The notes beneath the pieces are model-generated. The model was not told the origin of the DNA. It worked only from the letters and a program-made list of their open reading frames with translations, and made no database searches. From Cladosporium halotolerans (taxonomy: Eukaryota), in assembly GCF_011745625.1 (NCBI RefSeq), contig NW_027191458.1, positions 930,001 through 994,000 of the forward strand: DNA of 64,000 bases, given 5' to 3'. Positions 46,700 to 58,023 of the stretch are shown here, in pieces (position 1 is the first letter of the stretch; each line of letters opens with the position of its first letter). Position numbers and translations under genes: made by a program.

Positions 46700-47562
46700 A
46701 AGGAGCCGTCTCTACCTGACCCTTTCGCGTGCGGCGAGGAGCCGAGAGAGCGAGAGCGGAGGGGCACGAGCCCCGAGCTGTGGTTCGAGCGGAGCAAGAG
46801 GGCGCGCCGCTTGCGCCGCAGCAACACCACGGGCGAACTGAAGGCTGCGCGATCCCCCCGCTCGCGCGGCTCGACGGATGTCACGGACAGCAGCGGGCAC
46901 GCGAGCGCGCGCGAGGGAAGCGAGAGGAGCAGGTCGCGCCTCCGCCGCGCGGCGTCCAGGGGTTTCCGCGAGTTCTGGCAGGTCGACGGGGCCTGTGACG
47001 CTCGCAGCTTCGTGCCGCGCGAAAGCGGCGTCGACGTCTTCTTTGGGATGGAATTCTTCGCGACGCGCAGGCACGCCGTCACGGCCGGGATCCGCGAGCG
47101 GATTGCGGGACTGCGCAGGCGTGCGCGGACGGCGCCCGGGAGGCTGGAGAGTTGAGCATGCCAGCCGGCGTCGAGGATAGAGCATCAGAGCAAGCTTCGA
47201 ATTGCTATCGAGCGTGGTTTAGGATACCGAGATCACTTGGGTTTGGTCGGGCGGTATAGAATCCTCGGGTGGCGGTGCATAGTAGAGCAACGCTGGTAGA
47301 TGGCCGAGAGATTAATGCGTAATGGGTTATGAACAGGACCGGTAAGATGTCACCAGTACTGGCCGGTGGAGGGGAAGGCCGGCATAGATAGCGTCTTTAG
47401 TGCCAAGATTTTGTTCTGGCGTCGCCGACCGCCGTTTCTGCAGCATTCTTCGCTATCCCGTTAGTCCCGGATCAGGGCGTATTTTGCGTCTCCCGGCCAT
47501 GGAATTATAGAAGCTTCCTCGTTGTAGCTCTCAAAAGAATCATCGCCCCTTGGATCTCGATA

Positions 47563-48729
47563 TCAACCCTGCAAAGGCAACACATGCTGAACGAGAGCAC
47601 TCTGCCGACAAAGCGGACACATCGGCTGCTCGCGCAGCCACTCATTCACGCATTGCCAGCAAAACACGTGCCCGCAAGTCGTCGCAGCAGGGTCCTTCAT
47701 GGCTTCCAGACACAGCGTGCACTTGCGCTGCTGCTTGCCGTCGATCCACATCATAGACTCGTCGTCATTCAGATCGTAGCGGTGCTGGCCGGCCGCGCCT
47801 GAAGGCATCGGAGTGTGTGTGATGCGAGCAAGGTGCTCGCGCTGAGCGGCAGGATCAGTGGCGTGGGAGGCCTCGAAGAGCAGAGGCGAGGAGAAGCCGG
47901 GCAGGGACTCGTCGTCGGCGATGGCGCTCTCGTCCGCGGTGCTGCTGGCTGGCAAGGGCTGCTGGGCGCTCTGCACGTCGCGGACTGCTTCTTGCGCGTG
48001 GAAGTATCCCTGCACCATCATTTGGAGGACGAGGAGGACGCCCAGGACTTCGTAGCCGACGCGCTGGTCGCTGGGTTCGACTTTCCTCGTAAAGACATAG
48101 CGCAGGCCGGTTAATCTTTTGGAGAGCTCGTAGTAGGCGCCGGTGAAGTAGAAGGTCGCAAGGCTGACCGCGTAGATGAGAGAGGGCGACGTGAGGGAGT
48201 CGAGGTTCTTGAGGATGTATTGCTGCAGCTGAGCAGTCTTGGGTGTGGGCTGTTGGCTGCGAGTTGGAGAGGAAGCCCTGCGTTGGTGGGATTTGCGGAC
48301 GTTGACTTCGAGTTTGGCCCGGAGGCGGCGGCGGAGGGCCGGTAAGAGTCGGCTGAGGAGGTAGGGTGTGAGGACGCTGGACAGTATGTAGGATGTGCGG
48401 CGAGCGATCGAGGGCAGCTGGTGCGTGTCGTCTTGGACTTGGACAATGTCTGTGTACTCCTCGCCGAGGGTGCGGTTGCCGACGAAGGTGGTGAGGGCGA
48501 GGTAGAGGAGCTCGGTGAAAGTGCGGGCTTCGTTGGCCCAGGCGTGCGAGAGGCGGGCGCCGTAGAGGGAGCGCAGGATGTTGGAGAGCTGGTGTAGGAG
48601 GTGGGACTGGAAGTAGGCGTCCTTCTGGTGCGAGCGGATCATATCTGGTGCGCCGGCCCACGGATAGCTGAAGCTGGCGAGGGCGTCGCGGCCGCCGTCG
48701 GGCGGAGCATCGCGGATGTGGTCGGACAT
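47563..48729 (-). CDS. PEX10: Peroxin 10 (RING E3 ligase)
   Basis: Motifs AGAPDMIRSHQKD, RTLGEEY, YFTGAYYELSKR and GYEVLG, plus C3HC4 RING CTLC..CGHVFCWQC..CPLCR. ATG at 48729. Confidence 0.95.
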   Translation of the reverse strand: MSDHIRDAPPDGGRDALASFSYPWAGAPDMIRSHQKDAYFQSHLLHQLSNILRSLYGARLSHAWANEARTFTELLYLALTTFVGNRTLGEEYTDIVQVQDDTHQLPSIARRTSYILSSVLTPYLLSRLLPALRRRLRAKLEVNVRKSHQRRASSPTRSQQPTPKTAQLQQYILKNLDSLTSPSLIYAVSLATFYFTGAYYELSKRLTGLRYVFTRKVEPSDQRVGYEVLGVLLVLQMMVQGYFHAQEAVRDVQSAQQPLPASSTADESAIADDESLPGFSSPLLFEASHATDPAAQREHLARITHTPMPSGAAGQHRYDLNDDESMMWIDGKQQRKCTLCLEAMKDPAATTCGHVFCWQCVNEWLREQPMCPLCRQSALVQHVLPLQG

Positions 48730-49590
48730 GGCGATGCTGAGGCACTGGCAACACGAGGCGTGCGTGTCGGGGTGCGTGGGAGTTGCCTGGTATTCTTCCC
48801 TCCGGCACCGCCGGTGAAACGCGTGTTTGATGAGGCTCTGGCACGTCGGCCGGCAAGCTTGCTCGCCTCCAATCGCCGAGGTACGATCGGTCTGGCATCT
48901 GCGCGTGCGGGCGGGTGGCTGCGTTGCCCGCATACCGCCCAGACCCTGGGAGATCAGGCCGCGGCAGGGTCAGCCGAGTGGCACTGCGGCACTGCCCAGA
49001 GTGAGCGATGACGTCGCGGCCGGAGGCCTGAGGCCGGATCTTCAGGAACGCTGCGCAGGGTTGTGTGGCCCAGCGTGGTATACACGGCAGCCCCTCACTG
49101 CGCCTGTCCGTCCACACACCAGCAGCACCCGCACCCACCCGAGCAACGCTGTGATCCTTCGCAATGTCGAGAATAGACCGCAGCCGCGTCGTCGCGTCGC
49201 TCTGGGCGGCCACGCAGCAGCAGGCGGCGGCGTGTCAGTGCGCGCGTCCGTCGCGCGCAGCAGCCCTGCGCCTCACTCCAGCTGTCTGCCCATTCCCTGG
49301 CACACGGCACTAGCGCATGCGTCTGGCCCTGCGCCGCCGCCTTGTAGACCACGTCGCCGCGATGCACCACGCCTTGGTACCGCCTAAACTCAATCGAACC
49401 TCACGCCAGTTGCGCCTGATGAGTCCATAAGTACTTGCTCCTGTTTCCAATCTTTCCGAACTCTACCAATTCTCACCACACCACTCCTAACGATCCTCAC
49501 GTACGCCGTTGCCATTGTGCAAACGCCAATATCCTGATACTGAAATCCTACCTCACCAACCAAACAAATCACATCACATCAATCGCAACC

Positions 49591-50252
49591 ATGCAGCTTT
49601 CCCACCTCATCCTCCTGCTCCCCGCCTTCATGGCTGCCGCCCAAGATGACAACAACAACATCTTCAGTGACATCTCGAACATCGGCTCAGACATCACCAG
49701 CATTGCAGGCAGCGCCGTTGCATCGGTAAGCATCAACTACTCAGTTCCGTTCCCTTCCTACTCATTGCTAACCCACCCCAGGTCACGTCCGTCGCCGGTG
49801 GAGCTGGCTCAGCCGCAGTCTCCGGCGCGTCGTCAATCGGCTCAGCCGCGGTCTCTGCTGCTTCATCCGCAGGCTCAGCAGCCGTCTCCGGTGCCTCCTC
49901 TGTAGGCTCAGCAGCAGTTTCAGGTGCCTCGTCTGTCGGCTCAGCAGGCGTTTCCGGCGCGTCCTCTATCGGCTCAGCAGGCGTCTCCGGCGCCTCGTCT
50001 GTCGGCCAGGATGTCACAAGCGGTGCCGGCGGCGCATTCTCTACCGCAACGAGCGGCGCAGCCGGTGCCTTTTCCACTGCTACAAGCGGTGCTGCCGGAG
50101 CTGTATCGTCAGCGACTAGTGGTGTCGCAGGCGCGGCTTCTGACGCCAGCTCCGTGGCCGCTGATGCTACTACAACCGACTCGGGTGCGGCACACACCGG
50201 CGGTGCTATGGCTGGTGTCCTTGCAGTCGGCCTTGCTGCTGCCTTGCTGTAG
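49591..50252 (+). CDS. Secreted, probably GPI-anchored Ala/Ser/Gly-rich repeat protein, 201 aa (not correctly represented in the ORF track)
   Basis: Signal peptide MQLSHLILLLPAFMAAA, intron 49726-49781 (GTAAGC..GCTAAC..CAG), 11-aa repeats, and hydrophobic tail GGAMAGVLAVGLAAALL-stop. Confidence 0.85.
49806..50147 (+). repeat. About ten 33-nt (11-aa) coding tandem repeats
   Basis: Six GSA[AG]VS[GA]ASS[VIA] units, then four TSGxxGAxSxA units in the same 11-residue register. Confidence 0.85.
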
Positions 50253-50981
50253 GCAGGATGAAGTTTTTGGAAGACGGGGATGGCGGCGCGATTTCGATTC
50301 AAAGACCGAGGCTACGACAGCACAGCACGGGTCATGTAATTTAATTTGGTCATAAGGCCTTTCAATGAATGACGATTTTCATGTATTCGACACGTTAGTT
50401 CATTTTGGATTCTGTCTGTGCCATTCCTATGCAAATCTCACAGACTATCACACGAGATCGTCAATATAGAACGATACGGCATGGTACGTTTGGACGTGAA
50501 TTAAAGCATGGGACCTTGCACACGGCTCTGAGCACGTGTTGAACACCTGCGTTCAGCTGAGCTGAGACCCCAGCTGGCGTCCAGTGCGGAGAATGTTGCA
50601 ATCGCGAAAGCGCAACGCCACAACGATCCTTCGTGTCCCTACTAGCCACACATCATCTTGCTCGCCGTCAGCTTCCAAGACGGCGTACTGTCCTACCATC
50701 CGATAATCTCAGAAAAGGTCATGGTTTCAATACCTGTTGTGCAGAACGCGGCCTCGTGCATGTCTACGCACGATGCTCATTCGGTCATGATCCTGGACGT
50801 GGTATCGCGCCGCGTCCACGTGTGTGAGCCGTCGACTTCAAGACTACGGACCAAATAGGCAGGTGGTGTCTTCCATGTGCACTACCAGATAAGCTAGGAA
50901 TGCATATAGCTTGACAGAGCTTCGCCAATCATGAGTTGCAAGTAATCCAACATTAACGTCCCTTCACGGCACTCCAACACC

Positions 50982-52826
50982 ATGACCGTCCCACCGCTCG
51001 AATCAGCCGACATCGTAATCATCGGCGCCGGCACAGCAGGCTGCGTCCTCGCCAACCGCCTCAGCGCCGACCCCTCGCTCTCCGTCCTCGTACTCGAAGC
51101 CGGCGAAGACCACAGCAGCGACCCGCGAGTCTACACTCCCGCGCGGGCGCGCGAGCTGCTCGGCGACGAGCAGATCGACTGGGACTTCGAGTCCGAGCCC
51201 GAGCCCGGACTCTGCTTTCGCGAAAGTGCACCGGGCGGTCCGCGGGAATCTGGTCGCCGCATGGCGCAGCCGCGAGGGAAGGCTGTGGGCGGCACGAGCG
51301 TGATCAACTCGTTTGCGCTGATCAATCCTTCTGCGGCGGAGTTTGATGCTTGGGCTGAGATGGGGAATGGGGGCTGGGATTGGGCGGGCGTGAGGAAGTA
51401 TTTTAGGAGGTTTCAGACGGTTGTCCCGCCGGACGAGAAGGTGGTAGAGGAGCTTAACCTGGCGCACAATTTCACAGCGGGGGGTGGGTCGGGCCCGGTC
51501 CAGGCGACTTTTCCTCTCAATGCGACTCCGCTTCAGAAGGCGTGGTTACAGGCTTTTAGGGATCTGGGTCTTGAGAACGTGAACGATCCTTTGGAGGGTC
51601 GGGCGATAGGCGGTGGGATCACTGCGAATCACATTGGAGCGAAGGATAGGGAGAGGTGTCATGCTGAGGTGGCATATCTGCGACCTGTGAAGGGGAGGAA
51701 GAATCTAAGCGTTGTATCTGGGGCAATGGTGCAGCGAATTTTGTTCGAGAAAGAAAATGGTGACAGAAAAGCCGTAGGAAGGGGCGTGATTTACCAAAAG
51801 GCAGGGGAGACGCGTCAGGTCAGAGTTCGCAAGGAAGTCATTGTCGCCGCCGGGGCTTTTGGCACGCCACAAATGCTCGAACTGTCTGGTATCGGGGATG
51901 CTGAACTTCTTCGCGAACAAGCCATCGATGTCATCTATGACAATCCTGCAGTCGGCGAGAACTTGCAAGATCACATCCGCGCCGGGATCTCCTTCGAAGA
52001 CACCGAAGCCGCCGCCGGCATATTTCCGCCAATGTCCAGAGAGGAAGCAGAGAAGCTGTACGAGGACAGCCGCTCGGGACCTTGGGCCGAAATGGCGGCT
52101 TGGATGTTTGCGTACATGCCACTTGCTCGTTTCGCTTCGAAGGCAGACATGAAACAGCTCGAAGCAACGTGCCGTCAACATCTAGACTCCAACAGCCAAG
52201 ACCACTCGGCACATCAGAGCAAGGACACCGCATTCATCGAACGTACCCTTCTTTCTCCCAAGGAAGCAAGTGCAACAGCGTACCTTATCCGCAAACCAGT
52301 GGCGCCGGTCCCGGGCCCGCAGCTAGGAGTAGGCAAATGCGTCACGTTCTGCGCAATGCTGTCTCATCCTCTGTCTCGGGGAAGCGTGCATATCACATCC
52401 CCTGAGGCCAAGACAAAACCAGTGGTTAGATTCAACTACTACACGCACCCCGTCGACCTCGAAGTCCACGCACGCCACCTACTTGCGTTGCAGGATCTGG
52501 CCCAGGCACCTGCGTTCAAGCCTATGATCAAAGAAGGCGGTGCACGGTACCCTCCTGTTTTGGACCTAGAGGCCGCGAAGTCGTTTCTCAGGGAGACGGC
52601 GACGACTAATTACCATCCTTGCGGCTCTTGCGCTATGAGGCCTGAAGGCGATGGGGGTGTGGTTGATGAGAGATTGAAGGTCTACGGGACTGCGAATGTG
52701 AGAGTGGTAGACGCCAGTGTCTTTCCTGTGATTCCCAGGGGAAACATTGTGAGTTCTGTTTATGCGGTGGCGGAGAAAGCGGCAGACATTTTGTTGGAGG
52801 ATCTGGGATTGAAGACGGGAGATTGA
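50982..52826 (+). CDS. GMC oxidoreductase (AA3; aryl-alcohol/choline dehydrogenase-like)
   Basis: Motifs IIIGAGTAG, PRGKAVGGTSVIN, VGENLQDH, YHPCGSC and VRVVDASVFP..GN (His/Asn catalytic pair). No signal peptide. Confidence 0.93.
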   Translation: MTVPPLESADIVIIGAGTAGCVLANRLSADPSLSVLVLEAGEDHSSDPRVYTPARARELLGDEQIDWDFESEPEPGLCFRESAPGGPRESGRRMAQPRGKAVGGTSVINSFALINPSAAEFDAWAEMGNGGWDWAGVRKYFRRFQTVVPPDEKVVEELNLAHNFTAGGGSGPVQATFPLNATPLQKAWLQAFRDLGLENVNDPLEGRAIGGGITANHIGAKDRERCHAEVAYLRPVKGRKNLSVVSGAMVQRILFEKENGDRKAVGRGVIYQKAGETRQVRVRKEVIVAAGAFGTPQMLELSGIGDAELLREQAIDVIYDNPAVGENLQDHIRAGISFEDTEAAAGIFPPMSREEAEKLYEDSRSGPWAEMAAWMFAYMPLARFASKADMKQLEATCRQHLDSNSQDHSAHQSKDTAFIERTLLSPKEASATAYLIRKPVAPVPGPQLGVGKCVTFCAMLSHPLSRGSVHITSPEAKTKPVVRFNYYTHPVDLEVHARHLLALQDLAQAPAFKPMIKEGGARYPPVLDLEAAKSFLRETATTNYHPCGSCAMRPEGDGGVVDERLKVYGTANVRVVDASVFPVIPRGNIVSSVYAVAEKAADILLEDLGLKTGD

Positions 52827-53277
52827 GCACCAGAGTGCAGAGTGTTGTCGCATGCCATGCCGCGAGAAGTCGATGATCCTTGTCTGCTTGTAACACAGAA
52901 TTTCAGGAGCCCGGATAGTGAGCATCTAACCTCAACACAGCATGTATTGACCATGACCACGATCAGACGCCGACACTAAAGTACTGAATCGCATGTGAAA
53001 CCAATGAAGTCACAGAGCCAGTTCTGATGTCTGCTAGCATTCCGTGGACGTTCCTCCGCGCGCCTGGAAAGCCGAGCGGTCCGGCCGCCGCGCAAGGCTG
53101 AGCCGCGGGCTGACGTTGATGGTGGGAAACCCAACGAGCACCGCGCAGCAACGTACCTGCAAGCACTGCGCTCGTAAACGTAACGCTGCACTTGGCGAAC
53201 ATGCTCTCGCAGGCCCACGCTCGCTACTCTTCCGTCCCGTAATCCTCTCATACCATGTTCTCCCGCTGCGCGCCAGC

Positions 53278-56145
53278 ATGCCCACAGATCAACTAGAACC
53301 GTCTGAAGTCCCGCAATTCGACAGCATCACCACAAACACTGCCGAGGAAAGCGAAGCGTCAGCAAACATCATAGAAGAAGACACCCCATCCCGCACCTTG
53401 ACACGCTCCCCACACCCCTACTTCCGCCATGGATCCACGAGTCGCAAGCAAGGCCGTCACGGCGTTGGCGCTGAGCGTGATTCCCGCAGCGGCTCTGTGG
53501 TACATCAACAAGGACGAGATCACGAACTCCCCGATTTCGAAGACCCAAACACCACCACAACCCCAGCGTCCGAGACAGGAGTGAATGCCCCAATGTCGGT
53601 GACCGGCAGCGAGAGCGGCACGGAAGCTGACGACGAGAGGCCTGATTTCATGAAGTTGCTGCCTCCTCCAACACTCAGGCCACGGAAGGGACTCAAAGTT
53701 GGGGAGAGGAGCGAGGAAGCGTTTTTGTCGCCGAGCCAGCTGGACGATGACGGGAGGCATGAAGAAGACTATTTTCGCCAAAGAAAATGCGCTGCGAATG
53801 AGAGTGACGAGGCCCAGAAGAGCAGGGAAGATGAGGAGAGGGATAAGCTGTACCGGAGACGACTACACGAGTTCGCGCGACGAAGTTCTGAAGTCGCGCT
53901 CGTTGGACTCGTCGTTCTGCTCGTGTTTTGCGGAGAGGGCGTTCTGGCTACTGCCTGGGAATGGCGGCTGGAGCTTTTGAGCCATTCCGTAATCACGGCT
54001 CTGCTTATTCTTATCTACCCGGTCAAGCTTTCGATCGTCGATACCAGAGCGACGTACAACAAGCCCTGGCAGAGGTTTCGTGTGCCTGCTTCCTTCGACC
54101 CGGCGACGGTTCTGTATCCGCCTTTCCTGCCGGCGCTGGTTGCTCTGACGGTCTCGCCACTAAATCCTCAAATTATCCTCCCGAACATTGTCTTAGGACT
54201 ATCGTCTCTTCCACAGCGGCTCTTCCCACGGTCAAGCCGATTTTCTGGGATCAATGTTGTGCACTGGCTCATTTCAATCCTGCCACTTTTGGTTTCGGAG
54301 AACAGCAATTCGGTGCCGTGGCTTGCGGCAGAGAAGCCCTACTCAGTCAAAGCGACGGCTGCGCTTTCCACAGAGGTCCTGGTGACGCTTTATCCACTTC
54401 ACCATGCCTTGTTGCAACCATTACAGTACCTTACGACTACCAGTCTCCTAATATCGGAGCTACACTTGCTGTCAGTGGTACTCATAAATCTACTGCTATT
54501 CGCGCAAACCCCTCAAACCACCATCTTGAAAGCGTGCTTATGGATAGGCGGTCTTTCACTCTTCGTTCTCACAGAGCGTGTCTTACATTGGAACGTCACT
54601 CTTGCGCGCGTGCCGAAGTGGAAGTTACGTCGACCTGGCCATACAGCTGAAGAGCGTAAATCTTTAATTGATGCCGTGACGGACATCATCCAGGCACAGC
54701 GGGCCACTGCCGCGTTCAGGTCGTCTTCACCAGGCCATCACAGCGATGCTGACGAGGACCAACCTGAGGTTACTCTCAAGAAAGCACCTAACGGCCAGCC
54801 GAAGTTGGCGACGCGTGTCTGGCAGAACCTATACATGGACGGGAGCCACGAGCTAGAGCCGCAGTCTGCTGTCGAACCCCGGAAGCTCACATCCGCTCTC
54901 TCATCGCCGAAAGTTGACGGCAGCGCGGCCAAACGCAGGCGGAACACCGTACCGGCAGGTATGGCAGCGAGCTTGCCAGCAAAGCTGGCGTCCAAACGGA
55001 AAAAGGGGAGATCCGGTAATTTGCTGTGGTGTTTGCAGCTTACACCAGTCCAAGCACTTAGAAGGAAGTGGATATATGCTGGTTACGTCTATGCAGTCAT
55101 TGTTGCTGTCGTACTTGGCCCCGTCCGGAATTACGTCTCACGCAAGGCGCTCAATGGCAGCGAACCGATCGGCTGGGCCGTCGGCTATCTGTTGGGTAGT
55201 TTGGAGCCAGCTCGCTCCGTGATTGTGGCTCTACATCTCCAAAACTGGATTTTACTGCCGCCGCCATCCGCTTCTCTATCCACCATAAACTTCACATTTC
55301 CTCTGGACCTGCCCTCAATTCGCTACGCTCTCGGCCCCTCCAATGTCCGCATACTACTAATATCGTACTGGCTTCTCGTCCTCCTCGCCGGCCTTCTCGC
55401 AGTCTTCACCCTGACTGCATACGTCGAAGTCGATACGCGCCGCAAAGTCTTCCACGGCGTCATGGTCGCCATGCTCCTACCGTCGACTTTCATCGACCCG
55501 AGCGCCTGCGCCCTCGCCCTAGCCCTCTTCCTCACCCTCTTCCTGCTCCTCGAAGTCATCCGCGCCGGCCAAGTCCCGCCCCTCGGCGCCGCGCTCGCCT
55601 CCTTTGTCGCCCCATACGTCGACGGCCGCGACCTCCGCGGCCCCGTCGTCGTTTCGCACATCTTCCTGCTCGTCGGCTGCGCCGTCCCACTCTGGTTCTC
55701 CCTTGCCGCCACGCCCCGCGGCGTCGACGGCTGGGACCTTGCGAGAGAGCACCGTGACGTCGGAATGCTCGCCGGCGTGATCTGCGTCGGCATGGGCGAC
55801 TCGGCAGCCAGCCTTATCGGCCGCCGTTACGGGCGCCACAAGTGGTCGTGGGTCGGCGGCAAAAGCCTCGAGGGTAGCGCGGCGTTCGTGGTCGCTGTGA
55901 CCGTCGGGCTGCTGTTCGGGAAAGTCTACCTTTCTCTGGGAGGTTGGACGGACGCGACCGGGCAGCTTTGCGGCGGACGAGGAGCGCTAGAAGTGCTGCT
56001 TTCGGGCTGCTGGGTCTTGACGGTCATCAAGGCCGTGGTGTGCGCTTGCGGAGCGAGTTTCATGGAAGCTGTGCTGACTGGTGCGAACGACAACGTGGTT
56101 GTGCCTGTCGTGTTTTGGTTACTTGTCAAGGGGGTTAGGTTGTGA
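53278..56145 (+). CDS. SEC59: Dolichol kinase
   Basis: Motifs VDTRRKVFH, DGRDLRGPVVVSHIFLLVGCAVP, GMGDSAASLIGRRYG..W..GKSLEGS and NDNVVVP. Likely ATG at 53278. Confidence 0.92.
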   Translation: MPTDQLEPSEVPQFDSITTNTAEESEASANIIEEDTPSRTLTRSPHPYFRHGSTSRKQGRHGVGAERDSRSGSVVHQQGRDHELPDFEDPNTTTTPASETGVNAPMSVTGSESGTEADDERPDFMKLLPPPTLRPRKGLKVGERSEEAFLSPSQLDDDGRHEEDYFRQRKCAANESDEAQKSREDEERDKLYRRRLHEFARRSSEVALVGLVVLLVFCGEGVLATAWEWRLELLSHSVITALLILIYPVKLSIVDTRATYNKPWQRFRVPASFDPATVLYPPFLPALVALTVSPLNPQIILPNIVLGLSSLPQRLFPRSSRFSGINVVHWLISILPLLVSENSNSVPWLAAEKPYSVKATAALSTEVLVTLYPLHHALLQPLQYLTTTSLLISELHLLSVVLINLLLFAQTPQTTILKACLWIGGLSLFVLTERVLHWNVTLARVPKWKLRRPGHTAEERKSLIDAVTDIIQAQRATAAFRSSSPGHHSDADEDQPEVTLKKAPNGQPKLATRVWQNLYMDGSHELEPQSAVEPRKLTSALSSPKVDGSAAKRRRNTVPAGMAASLPAKLASKRKKGRSGNLLWCLQLTPVQALRRKWIYAGYVYAVIVAVVLGPVRNYVSRKALNGSEPIGWAVGYLLGSLEPARSVIVALHLQNWILLPPPSASLSTINFTFPLDLPSIRYALGPSNVRILLISYWLLVLLAGLLAVFTLTAYVEVDTRRKVFHGVMVAMLLPSTFIDPSACALALALFLTLFLLLEVIRAGQVPPLGAALASFVAPYVDGRDLRGPVVVSHIFLLVGCAVPLWFSLAATPRGVDGWDLAREHRDVGMLAGVICVGMGDSAASLIGRRYGRHKWSWVGGKSLEGSAAFVVAVTVGLLFGKVYLSLGGWTDATGQLCGGRGALEVLLSGCWVLTVIKAVVCACGASFMEAVLTGANDNVVVPVVFWLLVKGVRL

Positions 56146-56351
56146 AGGGTGGATCTCAGAGTCATTTTGTCAGCATATAGATACCTATGTAGCGCGGAGT
56201 CAAGGATTGTGCTTATGTTATATCTGAGTCTACACGGCGTTGCGTTGGCGGATGATTAGCGGAGGCGATACAATTCGCATCCGGTATGACATTGTGAAGC
56301 GGCTATAAGAAATGCAATGCGACTGACTTCAACAAATCAGCTTGATTTCAC

Positions 56352-56456
56352 GGTGAGATGGCCGAGCGGTCTAAGGCGCTAGCTTAAGGTATTGTCCTCA
56401 GACGTCCCTACAATCGCTAGTCCGAAAGGGCGTGGGTTCGAATCCCACTCTCATCA
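56352..56456 (+). tRNA. tRNA-Leu(AAG) with a 25-nt intron (56390-56414)
   Basis: Acceptor stem GGTGAGA/TCTCATC, A box TGGCCGAGCGG, anticodon stem CTAGC/GCTAG around TT-AAG-G, long variable arm, B box GGTTCGAATCC and a downstream T run. Confidence 0.95.
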
Positions 56457-56638
56457 ACATTCTCTTTTGCCATCTTAGAGACCTGCGAAGGTTCTTTTTT
56501 GATCAATACCGAAAGCTCCGATGAGTCGTGCATTGGTAGCGTCAGTGTAACGTGCTTTCACGCACTATGGCGTCTCGATACATTTGCTCTATGTGTTCAT
56601 CGAATTCGATTGACTACCTTGTTAGTATCAACCCATAC

Positions 56639-58023
56639 TCAGATAAAACCAGCTCTTCTCACAAACCATCCCAACCCGCCAGCCAACGCGGTGCATCCTG
56701 TGAAAATGATAATTGAGCCGTACTGGCTGTCATAAGCAGATGTGGCGCCTTCGTGCAAAGTTTTGCTCTGATCAATGAGCGATTCGCTGAGCGGCCCAGA
56801 GATGATAGACCCGACGCCCCTGCCCATAGCCAGCAGACCAAAGACAAGGTTGGCATCGGTGTTCTCGTACTTGCCTTGCAGCTCGCGGATAACGCCTCCC
56901 CAGCTCGTCGAGTAAGCGGCCGCGGTTAGGCCGTATAGCAGACTGAAGACGAACAGCGGGGCCACGGACGTGGTGAGGCCGAGCACGACGAAGACCGCTA
57001 TGCAAGAGAAGATGCATTGTCCGAAGAGCACGAGAGTCACGTCGAAGCGGTCGACGAGGGCGCCGACGCCGATGCAGCCGAACATGGCTGCGAGGTTGAC
57101 GAATAGGATCGTCAGCGAGCCCATGGTCCTGCCGAGCCCGAGGGCGTCGGCGATGGTGGGCAGATAGTTCGTGGGTAGGAAGTAGCCGAGAGCTTGGATC
57201 GTATTGAACAGTTGAAGGGTCCAAAAGAATGGTGACTTGAGGAAAGACACGTCAACTGGCGGCGCGACATGAGCCGCGGAGATTGGGAGACGAGGCTTCA
57301 GAAAAATAAGAATGGGGGAAGATAAGACAACAATGATCGAGGCAACGATACGAAGAGTCTGTCAAAGCGTGAGCGAACGGTGAATTTTGATGAGCGCACG
57401 GCATTGTCACCTACCCATCGAAATCCGACTTCATCGAGAATGGCCTGTAGCACGAGAGGCATTGCGATACCACCGGCGAAGTCACCGGCGATAGCGATTC
57501 CAATTGCCAGGCCTCTCTTACGGGAAAACCATTCGTTGAGCAGGTTTATGGTCGGCATGACCAGTGCGTTTCCGGCAATAGCATAGATAACGCCTTGGCA
57601 GGCAATGAGCTGCGGTACGGTGTTCGCAAACGAAGCACCCACAAGGGCAACTGCGATCGTGGGCACACTGAACCAGAGAGACCAGCGCCTAGCTTTTGGC
57701 CATTTGCGGAAAGCCCAGAGGAACACCGGCATGGTGAGGTACATAATGCCAGTCGATGTAGTACCAATGGCTGCGATTCCACCTTGCGAGGCAAAGGGTT
57801 CGGTGGATGCATAGTACTCCTGCAGAACACCGAAAGATAGAGCGAAGCCCCATATCAAGAAGTTGCTGAGGAAAGAACCCGCAAGCGTAATCCAGGCCAA
57901 GTAGCCTTCGTCTGTTGGTGGCAAGGCATGTTGAGCGTCTCGCCGGGAAGCCGTGGGCGTCAAAGAAGTGAAGTCGTTTTCGGTCTGCGTCGGGACCCTA
58001 TCGTCGAAGTTAGAGAGTTCCAT
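56639..58023 (-). CDS. MFS monocarboxylate-porter-like transporter (Mch family)
   Basis: Motifs PPTDEGYLAW, WGFALSFGVLQEYY, EWFSRKRGLAIG and QALGYFLP. Intron 57359-57414 joins GFRW|TLR in frame. Confidence 0.9.

Noticed and set aside
47563..48729. PEX10 as part of the peroxisomal siderophore cluster
   Set aside because: It is about 12 kb away, separated by housekeeping genes, and I saw no SreA box.
49733..50302. Minus-strand ORF with EAPETAAEP repeats
   Set aside because: It is the antisense mirror of the spliced plus-strand secreted repeat gene, which has a signal peptide, intron and GPI-like tail.
50698..50895. GATAA-containing sites upstream of the GMC oxidoreductase (ATCCGATAA, ACCAGATAA)
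   Set aside because: These are imperfect matches and could be generic GATA sites, which is too little to claim iron regulation.
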